NCBI GenBank assembly: GCA_951406725.2
Contig: OX597816.1
Coordinates: 122,946,001-123,010,000, forward strand
Reading direction: 5' to 3'
Length of the DNA stretch: 64,000 nt
Origin: Octopus vulgaris
Taxonomy: Eukaryota
Each line of letters starts with the position of its first letter. Within the stretch, counting starts at the first letter, position 1. The position numbers and the translations under genes are program-made. The notes under the pieces are model-generated. The model was not told where the DNA came from, did no database searches, and was given only the letters and a program-made list of their open reading frames with translations. Below, in pieces: positions 1 to 12,581 of the stretch.

Positions 1-163
1 CTTTCCTATAAATTCTCTGTTTTTATGTATGCTACAGATAACTAAATCTTCATTCCTGCATTCACATGTGCCAGTTAGAATTTCTTTAAATCTAATCCCT
101 ATTGCTGGATATTTAGTTTTTCATATCTTTCTTCTCCATGGTGTCTTTTGTATTTGTGTCTGC

Positions 164-164
<1 letters not shown>

Positions 165-212
<48 letters not shown>
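165..212. repeat. (GA)n microsatellite
   Basis: Direct GA run; explains the ERER/SLSL ORFs at 29-386. Confidence 0.95.
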
Positions 213-216
<4 letters not shown>

Positions 217-2129
217 TCTTCATTGTCTGTTATATTAAGTTTTGAAAATGGTAGAATGAGATTAGAAGGAGATCTGGCTGCTATTTTCAGCAGATTAACT
301 GAATATCTAGAAGTACCCTTGTTGACCAAGCTGACATATACTGATGTCATCTTACAGCAGGAAAATATTGTTTGACAGCAATACAACAGGTGAATCAGAC
401 AATATTCTCACTTGCCAGAAAACAACTCTCCCCACTCTCTCTCTCCATTACATTTGGTTTTATTTTTCAGAGGTAGTGTAAGGCATGAGCCGCTTAAAAA
501 GGATGTGATACATGGTAGATGGTAGTACAAAGAATTAGCAGAATATAGGATACATATAGATACTTATAAAATCTCCATTATTATAACGATTTTTAAAATT
601 AATATGTCAAAAAAGAAAAAAAAGAATTACCAAGCAATTTTATATCAATTATGTAAACTGAGACTCAAAAAAGCCACAATTTTAAGAAAATTATATGATG
701 AAAATTTAAAACTTTTTACGTTTTTTAATTTCTTTTTTTTTTTAAGTATTTATCCATTTATTTTTTATTAATTAAATTTTTGCTATTCTGTTATGGAAAT
801 CATTTCATAATAACAAATACGTTTTGAAATAATCATCTAGTTTTTGGGTATTGTTTCAGTAACCACAGAATAAATCAAATTTTATATTATTTTTACAGAT
901 AAAGCAATGAAAACTTTTCAAAACATTTTAAATATTGATGCTTTAATTATCTTCTTTTACTCTTTGAATTAAATATTTTAAATCAGGAAATAAGAAAACA
1001 ACTTTCCTTTAGAAAAGTAAGCTACTCTTGTAGTATTTTGACTGGTAGATTTTATCTCTCAGTTACTTGCCACAATGGAATCTAAGATTGTGCAGTATTC
1101 TGTAGACATTTGGTGTAAATGAAAGCATCCTAAATTTGTATTCAGTTTAGTCCTATAAATAATATGCATTGGGAAATCACATTTCTTTTTTTTCTTTGGA
1201 TAAAAGATTCATATTTCACTATAGCAAAAATATATTTTTGTTTTTCCTAAGCAATCCTATAGCCCTAATCAAAAGCAATGCAGCTATTACTATGCACCTA
1301 TTTTCTAAGCTGTCATAACAAAATTATTTCTCTATTATTCTACAATTATTAGAACGAGATATTAGATACAATAATTTACAAATTATTCAAGAATTCATAT
1401 ATATGATCAGACATTATTTGTATATATGATCAAACATTATATTATACATGATTTCCTTCAGTACATTAACTAATGCATTTTGAGACTTGTGACTGGTTTT
1501 TCTAACTCTTTTAATAAGAGCATACATTCATCTTAGTGAACTGTATCTCTAGAGTTACAGATCAATATTTGTGCTAAAGCAAGATCAAACGACAACTGCA
1601 AAGGGATTGTAGGGAAATAGTCTGATTATTTGACTGAAGTAAAATCTGTCATTTGTGAAACAAGTATTGGTAGCAAAACTTCCTTTGCAGTATGATGAGT
1701 CGGTAGTATATTGTCTGAAGTTCTTGTAAACTGGTGAATTGGGAAATGGTACTGAATGGTATTGGTATTGAAGTTTCTTTGCTGTTGGGATTTTGGCTAT
1801 GATATTGATTGAGAGAAAACAATAACCAAGCAAACATCTAACACATAAATTAACTGGCTGCATTATTAGGACAGTGGTGCAGACTAAGCGTTTGTAAACT
1901 GCCATTTAGTTCATTCTAATAAAACTTTTCCTATGTTGTCCAAGTTGATTATATGATAGCTTTGTGTCATTGGTCTACTTAAGCAGAACAATGCCAGGAA
2001 ATTCACTAACACCTTCATTGGAAAGAGGTATATATCCTCAATCTGCTTTAATGGATTGCTTCAGTTTCAGACTTAATAAATAGCCTCTCCTTTTTATGTT
2101 GCTTAAACTAATGCCTTGCTTTTCATAGT

Positions 2130-2270
2130 GAACTAGTAAGTAGTCATTCAGTCTGCTAAAACAACAGCTAAATCTCCATCAAACTACACCATTCATATGT
2201 AGTTTATGATCATGGCTGGGAAGCTTTAGTTCAGAGAACAGACTGATTAAGTCTGACCAGGGTTAAAACA
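2130..2270 (-). mobile_element. Unclassified short interspersed repeat (family D)
   Basis: Reverse complement matches the motif ttgtttagccc..ggtcag..ctgat....tttggctgctatttctagcag also seen at 3525-3715, 33000-33555, 48430-48630 and 52460-56150. Confidence 0.6.
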
Positions 2271-2628
2271 AATATGACTAGAACAACTGCAGCAACGTAT
2301 CTTAGGGACTGAATCCAAATGTAACTTGTAAACCTACAAAGCAAATGAAAGTTAAAATTAAATCAACTCTTGAATTATAGGCAAAGTTATAGTGGATGGT
2401 TTTTACTATGGAAAGAAACTCAGTACTGTATTTCTATTACATCTTCATAGAAAGTTATACAGCTTATAATACCTTGCCTCCCTAACAGATAATACCCACT
2501 TGTTGGAATCAACTTTTAGAGTTAAACACCTAGGTCACTCTCATAATGTCTCACCAAAGAAAAGTGACTCAATATTAAACAGTTGGTTTCTTTTCTTCTA
2601 CCTTATCCATTATGTCTTTCTTATACTT
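2268..2628. repeat. Local duplicated block, copy 1 (copy 2 at 4742-5130)
   Basis: caaatatgactagaacaactgcagcaac...aatacccacttg.tggaatcaacttttagagttaaac... recurs at 4742 with scattered substitutions. Confidence 0.9.
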
Positions 2629-2830
2629 CCTTTTACTTGTTTCCATCATTTAACTGCGACCATGCAAGAGCATTACTTTTTAGTCACAAAAAAAAAAACG
2701 ATCCCAGGACTTATTCTTTGTAAGCCTTGCACATATTTTATCAGTCTCTTTTGCTGAACCACTAAGTTATGGGAGACGTAAACACACCAACACCAGTTGT
2801 CAAAGCAGTGATGGGGGAATAATGGTACAG
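2627..2830 (-). mobile_element. SINE family A, 3' half
   Basis: cttttacttgtttc..catt..actg.g.ccatgc...ggacttattctttgtaagcc matches full copies such as 63224-63619. Confidence 0.85.
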
Positions 2831-3179
2831 CCTTTTTGTTTGACCCTTCAGCCTTTCTAATATTTTGCTTAGGTGTTGGTGTACACAAATACACCAGTAC
2901 AAAAGATTGTAAATAATTAAAGTAGCTGTAATAAATTTTTTTGGTATCAAATATTGTTACAACAGAAAATGCTAGACAGAATAGTTGGCAGAATGAAGAA
3001 AGAATGATAGAGTAAAACTTAGAAAGAGAAGTGTTTTTAATAAAAAAATAAATGAAGACCCTATTATGTATCCAAGGTCAAATTATTCATAAATCTCAAG
3101 TATGGAACCAATTTGCACAGCCATTTTCATGTGAAAAGCAAATACACACACAGAGGTCTATTTTATATATAAGATAATA

Positions 3180-3360
3180 CTTTCTACTATAGGCAAAAGG
3201 CCTGAAATTTTAGGGATGTAGATTTGTCAATTATATTGACCCCCAGTATCAACCTCAAAAGTCGACTTTGGCAGAATTTGAACTCCAAATGTAAAACCTG
3301 AAGGAATACCATTAAGTATTTTATTCAGTCTGCTAACAATTTTGCCAATTCAGTGCCAAG
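3180..3360 (-). mobile_element. SINE family C (tRNA-derived)
   Basis: Reverse complement of the family C consensus (gagttcaaattctgccaaagtcgactt...aaatttcaggcctt). Confidence 0.75.
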
Positions 3361-3524
3361 CTAAAATATAAATGTTTGATAAAATGTTATAATAATAGCA
3401 TGGGATCCCAAAATAATTCATTTAGCTAAAGGATTCCAAATTTAGTTATTAAGATGATAATTTAATTTTAATTAACTTTTGTGTGTTTGATACTACATGT
3501 CGACCTGAATCATCATGAACAGAT

Positions 3525-3715
3525 AAGGGAAGTCACTATGACAACCTACCAAAAATAGCAGGCAAATTTCCTTTACATCACATCTTTCCACCTTAAAAAA
3601 ATCAATACCACACTGGATAATTGTGCACTATATCTTGAAAAACAACAGCAGAACAGTAACAGCTTGAATGCTTTTGGTTTGCTCAATCAGCACTGACCTG
3701 GGGCTAAGTAATAAC
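3525..3715 (-). mobile_element. Family D repeat
   Basis: aaaatagcaggcaaattt...gctcaatcagcactgacctggggctaa. Confidence 0.6.
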
Positions 3716-3903
3716 CAAAACGACTCAACCCAGCATTGTCTCAGCTAATATTTATTCAGTCTGATAAATTGCATTCATAATTAATACAAAGAGTGTTTAT
3801 TCTATTAATGACGCAAGTAATTAATGTAATTAATGTATTCTTTTTGTGTGCATCTCAAACACATTTTTGTCATATTTTTCATTTTTATTATTTAGTTAGA
3901 AGA

Positions 3904-4305
3904 AGGTGGTGAGCTGGCAGAATTGTTAGTGTACCAGTCAGAATGCTTAGTGACATTTTGTCTGTCTTCACGTTTTGAGTTCAAATTCTGTTGAGGTTGA
4001 CTTTGCCATTCATTTTTTGGGGGATGTACTGGAGTCAATATAATTGACAAGTCCACCTCCCTAAAATGTCAGGTCTTGTGGCTGTAGTAGAAAGGATTAT
4101 TTTCCTAGAAGAAAGGTGGTGAACTGGCAGAATCATTAGGTCATCAGGCAAAATGCTTAGTGGTGTTTCATCTATCTTTACATTCTGAGTTCAAATTTCA
4201 CTGAAGACAACTTAGCTTTTCATCCTTTCAGTACCAGTTGAACACTAAGGTTAACTCATCCTCTAGCCACAAATTTCAGGACTTGTGCTTATAGTAGATA
4301 GACTT
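3904..4305 (+). mobile_element. Two tandem family C SINEs (3904-4100, 4113-4305)
   Basis: Each starts ggtggtga.ctggcagaat..ttag (A-box-like), has gagttcaaatt (B-box-like) and ends agtaga...ttatt. Confidence 0.85.
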
Positions 4306-4741
4306 ATTTAGTAAGCAGAGCTACTACTGTCTATGACCTTTGTCGGCCCTTATAAAAGAAATGGTTTGTTATCTATATGTTTATGCCTTTTCATAAAACA
4401 TTAGCATGAACAGTATTTTGAGAGAAGTCATTCTGGGATGAAATAATTGAGAAACATGTTTAGTGATATGTATTGAGTATGAGACACAGTAAGGACTAAA
4501 ACGTGGGGGTGGATACATTAGATCATCTGGTATGAAGGTGTATGAAGCTCACAAGTTCCAATGAGTAGAAGACTTGTAGAAAAAGAAGCAGACAGCAGAA
4601 AATGTTTATCTATGAGCCAACCAGTCATTGTAGCTGTTACTTTAGAAATCAGCCAAATAATATTCTTATTTCCTATTTATTTATTTATTTATTTATTTAT
4701 TTTTGCATTTGGCTGTGCTACAAGTAAAAAGACAGACAGGT

Positions 4742-5130
4742 ACAAATATGACTAGAACAACTGCAGCAACATATCTTAGGGATTGATTCCAAGTGTAATT
4801 AGTAAACCCACAAAGCAAATGAAAGTTAAAGATAAATCACCTTCTGAATTATAGGTAAGGTTATAATGGGTAGTTTTAACTTTGGAAAGAATTAAGTTTA
4901 GTACTGTAAGTTAAAATATATAGTTTTACTATAACATACATTTTTATAGCAAGCTATACAGCTTACAATACCTTACCTCCCTAACAGGTAATACCCACTT
5001 GCTGGAATCAACTTTTAGAGTTAAACCACAAGGTCACTCTTATAATGTCTCACAAAATACAAGTAACAAGATATTGAACTGTTGGTTTGTTTTCTACTAC
5101 CTTGTCCATTAAGTCTTCTGCATACCCTTT
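4742..5130. repeat. Local duplicated block, copy 2
   Basis: Aligns with 2268-2628; indels are confined to the middle segment. Confidence 0.9.
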
Positions 5131-6189
5131 TCATAATTTGTAGTAGCATCACTATTAAGAACTAGATTCTATTCTAGCTCTGAAGAGAAAGCCTTGTTTC
5201 TTGAATTCTAGTTTTAATAGTATTGAAACTATATGAGGTCACTCAAAACGTAAGAGAGCATAGTATTTCTGAGTCTGGCTTTGATAGTTTTAGATATGCA
5301 TTGGTTATGTGTAGGAGAGTCTTCAGTACACTGTAATTGATTATATATAAGAGATGTTCTATAAAAAATAAAGCATTTCCAAATTGTTACAGAGAAACAA
5401 TCATAAAATATTCAGTAACTAATCATAAGCTTTTCTTATGGAGATCATAACCTTTTCCATAAAACATCTTTTAGAAATTGGCAAGGGTTAAAGTTGTCAC
5501 TTGTGTGCTAATTGCTATACAAATAAATACCCATTAGTTCGAATTTGCTGCCAAATAAATAGAATAAAGGATAAATTATATATGAATCTACCTCATATTA
5601 CAAAGTTAATAGCATATAGAAATTTGGTAATTAATAATTAACAGTTTACTGTAAAACAACTTTTTTTCTGGTGTTTCTTAATCTGCTACAAAAGAACAAA
5701 ATCTGTAGGTTTTAAAAGTTCTCCCAGGAAAGAAATTAATTGTATCACATAAGATTATTTCTCTTGCATTGCTTGTAAAAGATTTTTGCATTTCTCTGTA
5801 ATCTGGACATAAATGTACTTCGCAGTATTATTTTTTATTTCTCTCGCTCTCTCCTCTTTCATCCTTTGTCCCTTCTACCCTATCTATTGCATCTCTATAT
5901 TTTTCAATTTGTTTTCATCTTGATAAAGATGCTAATTGAAAGCTACACATTATTATCTGACAGTACTTCATCTAATCATATGATTTGACAACTGAATAAC
6001 CTAATTTAGTTACAATGCAATCTTATATATTACCTGTGAGCTAAGTTCATTATAGAAATTATTTGATATAATCCCATATTATTCATAGCAACTGTGAATT
6101 ATGAAACTATAATGAAAATCTTTCAGTGGGTTTTTTTAAAACATTTTTTCTTTTTCATTTGAAGATAGTGAATTGGCAGAATAATTAGG

Positions 6190-6482
6190 ATCATCATCAT
6201 CATCATCATCATCATTTAACGTCCACTTTCTATGCTGGCATGGGTTGGACGATTTGACTGAGGACTGGTGAACTAGATGGCTGCACCAGGCTCCAATATG
6301 ATCTGACAGAGTTTCTACAGCTGGTTGCCCTTCCTAATGCCAACCACTCTGAGAGTGTTGTAAGTGATTTTACGTGTCACTGGCATGAGGGCCAGTCAGT
6401 TGGTACTGGCAACGGCCACACTCAAATGATGTTTTTTATGTGCCACCTGCACAGGAACCAGTCCAGTGGACTGACAATGACC
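6190..6482 (-). mobile_element. SINE/LINE 3' fragment with (GAT)n tail
   Basis: (CAT)n followed by ttaacgtccactttc.atgctggcatgggttggacg and cagctgg.tgcccttcctaatgccaaccac; shorter related pieces lie near 27165, 48065 and 50800. Confidence 0.7.
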
Positions 6483-6632
6483 GTGAACTAACAAATTTAG
6501 ACGAGAGCATCTTCTGGATATGTATTTTTTTTGGCGGAGGTATTAAAAATCGAGTAGGAGAATCCGAGTGCATGTGCTAGTTTATATAGGGTAAGGGTGA
6601 AGGAAATCTTGGCAAAGCAAGTGGTAATCGGA

Positions 6633-6634
<2 letters not shown>

Positions 6635-6692
<58 letters not shown>
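6635..6692. repeat. (GA)n microsatellite
   Basis: Direct GA run. Confidence 0.95.
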
Positions 6693-6694
<2 letters not shown>

Positions 6695-8084
6695 GGCACA
6701 GAGAGAGAAGGGGATGCCAGAGTTAGGGTGGGCAGAACACGAGGGAAAAAATATTCTTTTGGGATTGGGATTTGGGTAGCATAATTTAACAAAACAGCAA
6801 ATGTCGATAATAGTAAAATAGAATTGAAAAACCTTAGAGTTTTTGGTCAGCCAATCTATGACAAAATTAGAGAAATAAGTGACTGTGTGATAAACTTGAT
6901 TAAATGAATGTGTGGCAGTTAAGGATATGCGTGATCTAAGGTTATCTTAAGGCAACAACGAGGAAGACAAAACTATTCAAACTATATTTACATGTTTACA
7001 CGGTAATGAAATAGACTGAATAATGAAAAGAACTAATAAAAGGTTTATGATCTGCGCAGACATAGAAGAGTCGATGAACGAGGTTGAAAAAACAAAACTT
7101 CTTATCTGAGCATCTTCTGAGATTCGTATCTTTTCGGCTAGCTCTCAGTACATCCTGAGTTCAAATTCTGCTTAAATACTTTTGCCTTCCATCTATACAA
7201 GAGTGAATAAAATAAATACCAGTCAAATTCTGGGAGTAACATAATGAAATGCCTTCTCCCATAAAGTTTGTGGCCTTCTTTGGAAATTAATATTTTTTGC
7301 TATTCTTAGACATAGTGCTTGAGTTATAATCTTCATCCTGTAACTTCAGCTTAGTTTTTTTTTGCATATTAGGCATCAAATGTTTATTGTAAAGGGTTCT
7401 ATTTATAAGTTAAGATTATGAATTTGAAAACTACAATCTAGAGCTGGTCAGACACAGATATTTGACTTCATATCACAGAATGCTTGAGTTTCTACCTGAA
7501 GCAAGTTCTACTTTAAGTTTATCCATGATACTTGTTCTTGAACTTATGAGGAAAGAGACACTGCTAATTTGTTTATTCATATAAGAGAACTTTTGAATAT
7601 AGCATGTTATAATGTAATATAACAAACCAATAGCATGGTTCCAGATGCGATTTTGCAATGCTGGGTAGCTTTATTTGTCTGATATTATAAAATAAGATAA
7701 AATAGAAATGTAGCACATGAAGTAAGCAATATCATACATCCCAATGGACATTCATAGATATTATTTTACCATAGAGTTTAAAGTAAGCAACCTGTCACAT
7801 GTAATGTTGTGTAATTATAATCAACAGCTTAGATTACAAATCTGTTGATTTTCTAGTTGCAAGTATTTAAACATTGATAAAACTAACTATACCAGGCAGA
7901 TTTCAAACATGAAATATGGACAAAAAACAAAAAAAAAAACAAAAAAAAAAACTATATATGCCCTATTATATTAACACTAATCATGTACCAAAGTCCAATT
8001 CAAAAAAATAGACTGAGATAGGTTGGATTTAAAGAGTTAATGACAGATGCATTGTAACATATCTTAACCCTTGTATATCTTTAA

Positions 8085-9430
8085 TGGAGTTTACTCAGTT
8101 GCAAGCACTGAGATTAGGCCTCTGATCTGTGTAGGCAACCAGTTTAAATTGTAGACATCCAATGTTTTCCCTTATCTGCTGAACTAATGCAAACTTTATC
8201 TAGATATGATCAGAATCGGCTGAAGTAGTTGCTTCATATCCACACTATGGGAAATATAATTTGTAATTGTCAGACTACTGGAAATGTCCAAGTGAGTGCT
8301 CGGGGATTTTGTAATCCCTCCTCAAATGTGTTTGTTCCACACAATCCCATCATTCATCTAAAATACAACTTCAGTCCCCCACTGTGTGAAGTTCTGCAGA
8401 AAGTTTCTCAATGCCTGAAGAAATCAGAGAGACTAACCTGTCCTAGTTGGGGCATAGATGGCTACATGTCTGAAAGCATCATCTTCTCTGCCATTGACAT
8501 CCAGGATTATCAACTTACCTCCTGGGTCCAGGAAGATTGATTGCATCTCATGGTTACAGGATTTTGGGAACAGCATTGGCACTCCAAAAATCAATCCCAA
8601 CAGATAAGAAGACAAGAAAATGGGTGTCAGGGTGCATACTCCAGAAATCATTGTTTCACTTATGGCTGCAATATCTACATCAAGTGTTCTGAGGTCGCTC
8701 AGCAAGTAACATTGTTTCCAGATCAAAACCAGGTCTGAATATCTACACAATTTACTCTAAGCCATTTACATCAGAGAAAAGAAACAAAGAGATTTTTACT
8801 TTAGTTCCTGAGGGTGCCTGTTGATCTGGTCTTCACTTGGGTTGAGGAGGAAATAGAAAAGGTTTTTCTTGGATATTTTGATTGAGGCATTCACTAAACT
8901 CTCCAATGTCTTGAGGGTATTTTGCTTTCAGGACAAAATGAGTTTCAGAATCCGTCTGTATAAGCAATCTGACTGAGAATGCTTTTAGTAGGAATTCAGG
9001 GAAACCCTCTTTATTCATCAGAATATTTTTGCTGCTGGCTACCTCTTCAATCGAATCAATGTTACTCTTCTGAACAACAATTCAGTTGATAAAAAATGAT
9101 ATCTGTGTGAGTGTATGACTGTTTGTCATGTTTGAGTTTTTGTTTCAGTATATGTCATTTTTTGTGAATATGTTTGTAAGAGTTTGGTTTGTTGTTATGA
9201 TGATGATGTTATTCCTATTTTTGGCAACTGATTTTGTGGGGGATTTTCTGTCCTTCTATTGTCTTATTGCCTTCAGTTTGACACCTGTTTCTTTGCACCT
9301 GATTTTTCCTCTTCTTCTCTCCCAAAAGAACTTGGAATAATTTCATCAGGCTTTCACCTCCTGAACGGGCTTTTGATTTCATAAGCTCTGAACCAGGGGA
9401 AGGAGATAGGTGTGAGTGTGTTTCTGTGTT
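8085..9430 (-). mobile_element. Degraded L1/Tx1-like LINE, 5' part with AP-endonuclease remnant
   Basis: ORF 8433-8750(-) reads LLSDLRTLDVDIAAISET...FLDPGGKLIILDVNG...VAIYAPT, and SYLDKV follows near 8200. These are APE endonuclease motifs; stops and frameshifts are present. Confidence 0.75.
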
Positions 9431-9494
9431 TTGTTTTGTATTACTTGCATATAAAGGAGAACTTACTCAGATATTGATTATAATAATAATAGTA

Positions 9495-9680
9495 GTGGTT
9501 TCAAATTTTGGCACAAGGCCAGCAAGTTCAGGGAGGTGTAAACTGATTACATTATCCCTAGTGCTTAACTGGTACTTATTTTACGGACCCTTAAAGGATA
9601 AAAGGCAAAGTCAACTTCAACAGAATTTGAACTCAAAATATAAAAATGAACAAAATGTTGCTTAGCATTCTGCCACCTGA
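9495..9680 (-). mobile_element. SINE family C
   Basis: ggcacaaggcc...aaaggcaaagtcaac...gaatttgaactca; flanked by TAA repeats. Confidence 0.75.
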
Positions 9681-9849
9681 CCACATTATAAATAATAAAA
9701 TAATAATAATGAAGATGATGTTGCTGCTTTTGCTGATGATGGTGAAGAGGAGGAAGAGAAGGAGGAGGGTGCTCTGTTAATGGCTACAAAGGTCAATAGC
9801 AATAATAATAATGATGGTTTCTCTCATCAATTTTGACATATGAACCTTT

Positions 9850-9947
9850 GAAGGAAAGGATTAAAAAGAAAAAGAATGAAAGAATTAAAACTAAAAGAAG
9901 GAAAGGATTAAAAAGAAAAAGAATGAAAGAATTAAAACTAAAAGAAG
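9850..9947. repeat. 47-bp tandem duplication
   Basis: gaaggaaaggattaaaaagaaaaagaatgaaagaattaaaactaaaa occurs twice. Confidence 0.9.
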
Positions 9948-10600
9948 TTGCATCTATTTACGATGGATGCATGCATGTAATTTGAATCCAGGTATAGATT
10001 TTGCAAGTCACTATGGGGACAATGATGATTCTGATTTTGCCTGTGATTGGACAAATGTGTCTGTTGACTGCAGGATATAATTCTTTTATTTTTCTGTTTC
10101 TTCAACTCAAATTGTGTAGATGCATCTTGACACATTTTACACTGCTCAGATCGATCTAGGTAATAACTTTCCTGCGATGATAAATTAAGCTGTTGGGATT
10201 TTAGTGATTTATATCTGAGAAGGAGTCTTCCTATACAGCAGAATCCTTGCACCTGTTAGCCAAGGGAAAGAATTTCGGGAATGTGATAATCTTGCTTTCA
10301 AACAACATGTCCAGACCATCTACACTGAATTCTCAACAGTATGTTTTTGATACCGGAGACAACACATTTTCCTAACCTTTTAACACTTGTTATCTTGCCA
10401 TTTTATATTGCAGATGTTGTATGGACAGCACATATGAAATGATTCAAGTTTTTTTTAATATATATATATCTGTAGAAGAGCATCCATGCTTCTGTGTTGT
10501 ACAAATGTTTGCTGAAAATACAAGATTTGTATACATTTATTTTTGTTTTCGAACTGACACTGTGTTCATCCCACAAATGTTGGGAAAGTTTCCCTAAAGC
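9940..10600 (-). mobile_element. RTE-clade LINE 3' remnant
   Basis: Minus-strand LGKLSQHLWDEHSVSSKTKINVYKSCIFSKHLYNTEAW, GRLLLRYK and a C-terminal HCPH resemble the RTE ORF2 C-terminus. Confidence 0.75.
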
Positions 10601-10632
10601 ACATGTAATAATAACACCAATGATAATAATAA

Positions 10633-10846
10633 TCCTTTTTACTAAAGGCACAAGGCCTGAAATTTTGGGGAAATGGGTAAGTCAATTACATCAACCCCAG
10701 TACTCAATTAGAGTTTATTTTATCAACCCGAAAAGGATGAAAGGCAAAGTTGACCTTGGCTGAATTTGAACTCAGATTGTGGAGACAGACAAAACGTCAC
10801 TAAGCATTTTACCCAGTCAGCTAACAGTTCTTCCAGTATGCTGCCT
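10633..10846 (-). mobile_element. SINE family C
   Basis: aggcacaaggcctgaaatttt...ggatgaaaggcaaagttgaccttggctgaatttgaactcaga. Confidence 0.85.
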
Positions 10847-10922
10847 TAATAATAATATTAATATTAATAATAATCATAATAATAATAATAACAACAACAA
10901 CAACAACAACAACAATAATAAT

Positions 10923-11275
10923 AGTCAGATCATTGATGTAACCATTCCAAATAACATGAATTTTGTGAGTAAAGAGGTTGAAAATATCACCAAGTACTCT
11001 GAATTGAAAGCGAAAATGGTAAGACTGTATGAAATGTGAGAGGGTAATGTAAACATGATACCAGCGGTGATCGAAGTGCTGGGCTCAATCACATAGAATA
11101 TTCAAAACTTCTTAAGGCAACTGGAAATCTAACGTAAGATTGATGTCTTGTAAAAAGCAGCCTTATTAGGCACAGCACACATCTTAAGGAAAGTATTTTC
11201 TCTCTGATGTCCTCCTTGTGACTTGACATGACTAAAGACTCCGCTGCATTTTTACCCACACTATGTTATGAAGGA
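10923..11275 (+). mobile_element. R4/Dong non-LTR retrotransposon 3' fragment 1
   Basis: IIDVTIP..KEVENITKYSELK...IPAVIEVLG...KAALLGTAHILRKV is the restriction-like endonuclease C-terminus; it lies within (AAT/AAC)n. Confidence 0.85.
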
Positions 11276-11309
11276 ATAACAACAACAACAACAATAATAA
11301 TAATTAATA

Positions 11310-12106
11310 AGATTGAAATATTGGACTGCCTATTCTCTGGGTGTAAGGTTTTAGCACCAGTAGAGTATAAATCGAGATAATAGCCAACTCAAGATATTAG
11401 CCAAGTTGGCTAGTATTTCACTGGACAATATGTTAGCATTATAAAATCAAGACTGCTGACAAAATGTACAAGCACAATCTTGAGGCTGTAACAGAGGGAG
11501 AAAATGTAATGATTCGCTGGGACTTTTCAGTACATACAAACTGAACCGTCAAAGCTAATAAACCAGTTATTGTTGCGAAAGACCAAAACAATAAAATCTG
11601 TTCATTGATTGACATGAGTATACCTTGTAATTATAGTATCTTTGCAAAAGTAGTTGATAAGCTCAGAAAAATATAAAGATTTGCTGACTGAAATTGAAAA
11701 AAATGGGGCATATCAAGACGGTTACACTACCAATGAGTGTAGGAATACATAAGATGATTAAAAAAAGGGAAACTGAAAATCATTTGAGGATGATCCCTGG
11801 CTTATCATCCATGCAGGAAGTGCAAAAAGATTGTCTTAAGTAGTACATCGCATGTATTGAAAAGAATATTGTTACTGTGAAGTTTCTTTCTTTTTTCCCC
11901 TTTATTTTCTTTGTGTTATTTTCTTTTCATTTCTTCTTTTTTCCTTCATTCCTCTGTCTTTCTCCATTTTTTCTATCACATGACTTTGCAAATGAACAAG
12001 CTCATGTGTTTATTTTCATGGCCTACCAATGTATACAGTGAGTTTCTTTGCCCTAAGTGTTGGGAAGACTCTCGACAAGAAATAGAAACAAAATTGCAAG
12101 ACAAAG

Positions 12107-12107
<1 letters not shown>
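11310..12107 (+). mobile_element. R4/Dong 3' fragment 2 plus 3' UTR
   Basis: SGCKVLAPVEYK..IRWDFSVHT..KANKP.IV..KD..ICSLIDMSIP..KYKDL..EVQKIVLSSTSHVLKRIL, with frameshifts, followed by (AAT)n at 12107-12160. Confidence 0.85.
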
Positions 12108-12160
<53 letters not shown>

Positions 12161-12332
12161 GAGTACCCAGTAGAACTATTACAAAATGTTTGCCTCTTTG
12201 GCCCAGCCAGAATAATCAGGAAAGTATTAAATAACTAAAAAGAATGAATAGCATGGTACTGTAGGCTGCAAGTAGTAAGCCCCCTATGCATGCAAGGCTC
12301 CACGAGCTCCAACAAAACCTGTGATAAAGAGA
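12161..12332 (+). mobile_element. R4/Dong 3' fragment 3
   Basis: EYPVELLQNVCLFGPARIIRKVLNN* resembles the LQK..LLGTA.I.RKVL terminus; a distinct 3' UTR and aataataat follow. Confidence 0.75.
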
Positions 12333-12354
12333 AAATAATAATAATAAAAGCAGA

Positions 12355-12560
12355 GAAGTATCTCAAATATAAGGCACAAGGCTAGAAATTTAGGGAGATA
12401 GGAGATTAATCAATTAATTCGACATCAGTACTTAAGAGGTATGTTATTTTACTAACTATATGAAGTATGAAAGAGCCAGTCAGCTACATTAGGTACAACC
12501 TCAAATACATCAAGGCTTTTTGTCTGATATTGAAATGATTCTGCCAACCTACTAACTGCC
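12355..12560 (-). mobile_element. Degraded SINE family C
   Basis: aaggcacaaggctagaaatt...gattctgccaacct. Confidence 0.6.
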
Positions 12561-12561
12561 A

Positions 12562-12581
12562 TGATAATAATAATAATAATA

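Noticed and set aside
148-375. ORF ending RMRLEGDLAAIFSRL as a host exon
   Set aside because: Built from a GA microsatellite plus a family D repeat fragment.
471-524. Possible terminal exon GSVRHEPLKKDVIHGRW* after tttttcag
   Set aside because: Short, with no recognisable homology; such acceptors occur by chance in AT-rich DNA.
1585-1905. 106-aa minus-strand ORF
   Set aside because: No recognisable domain or convincing splice sites.
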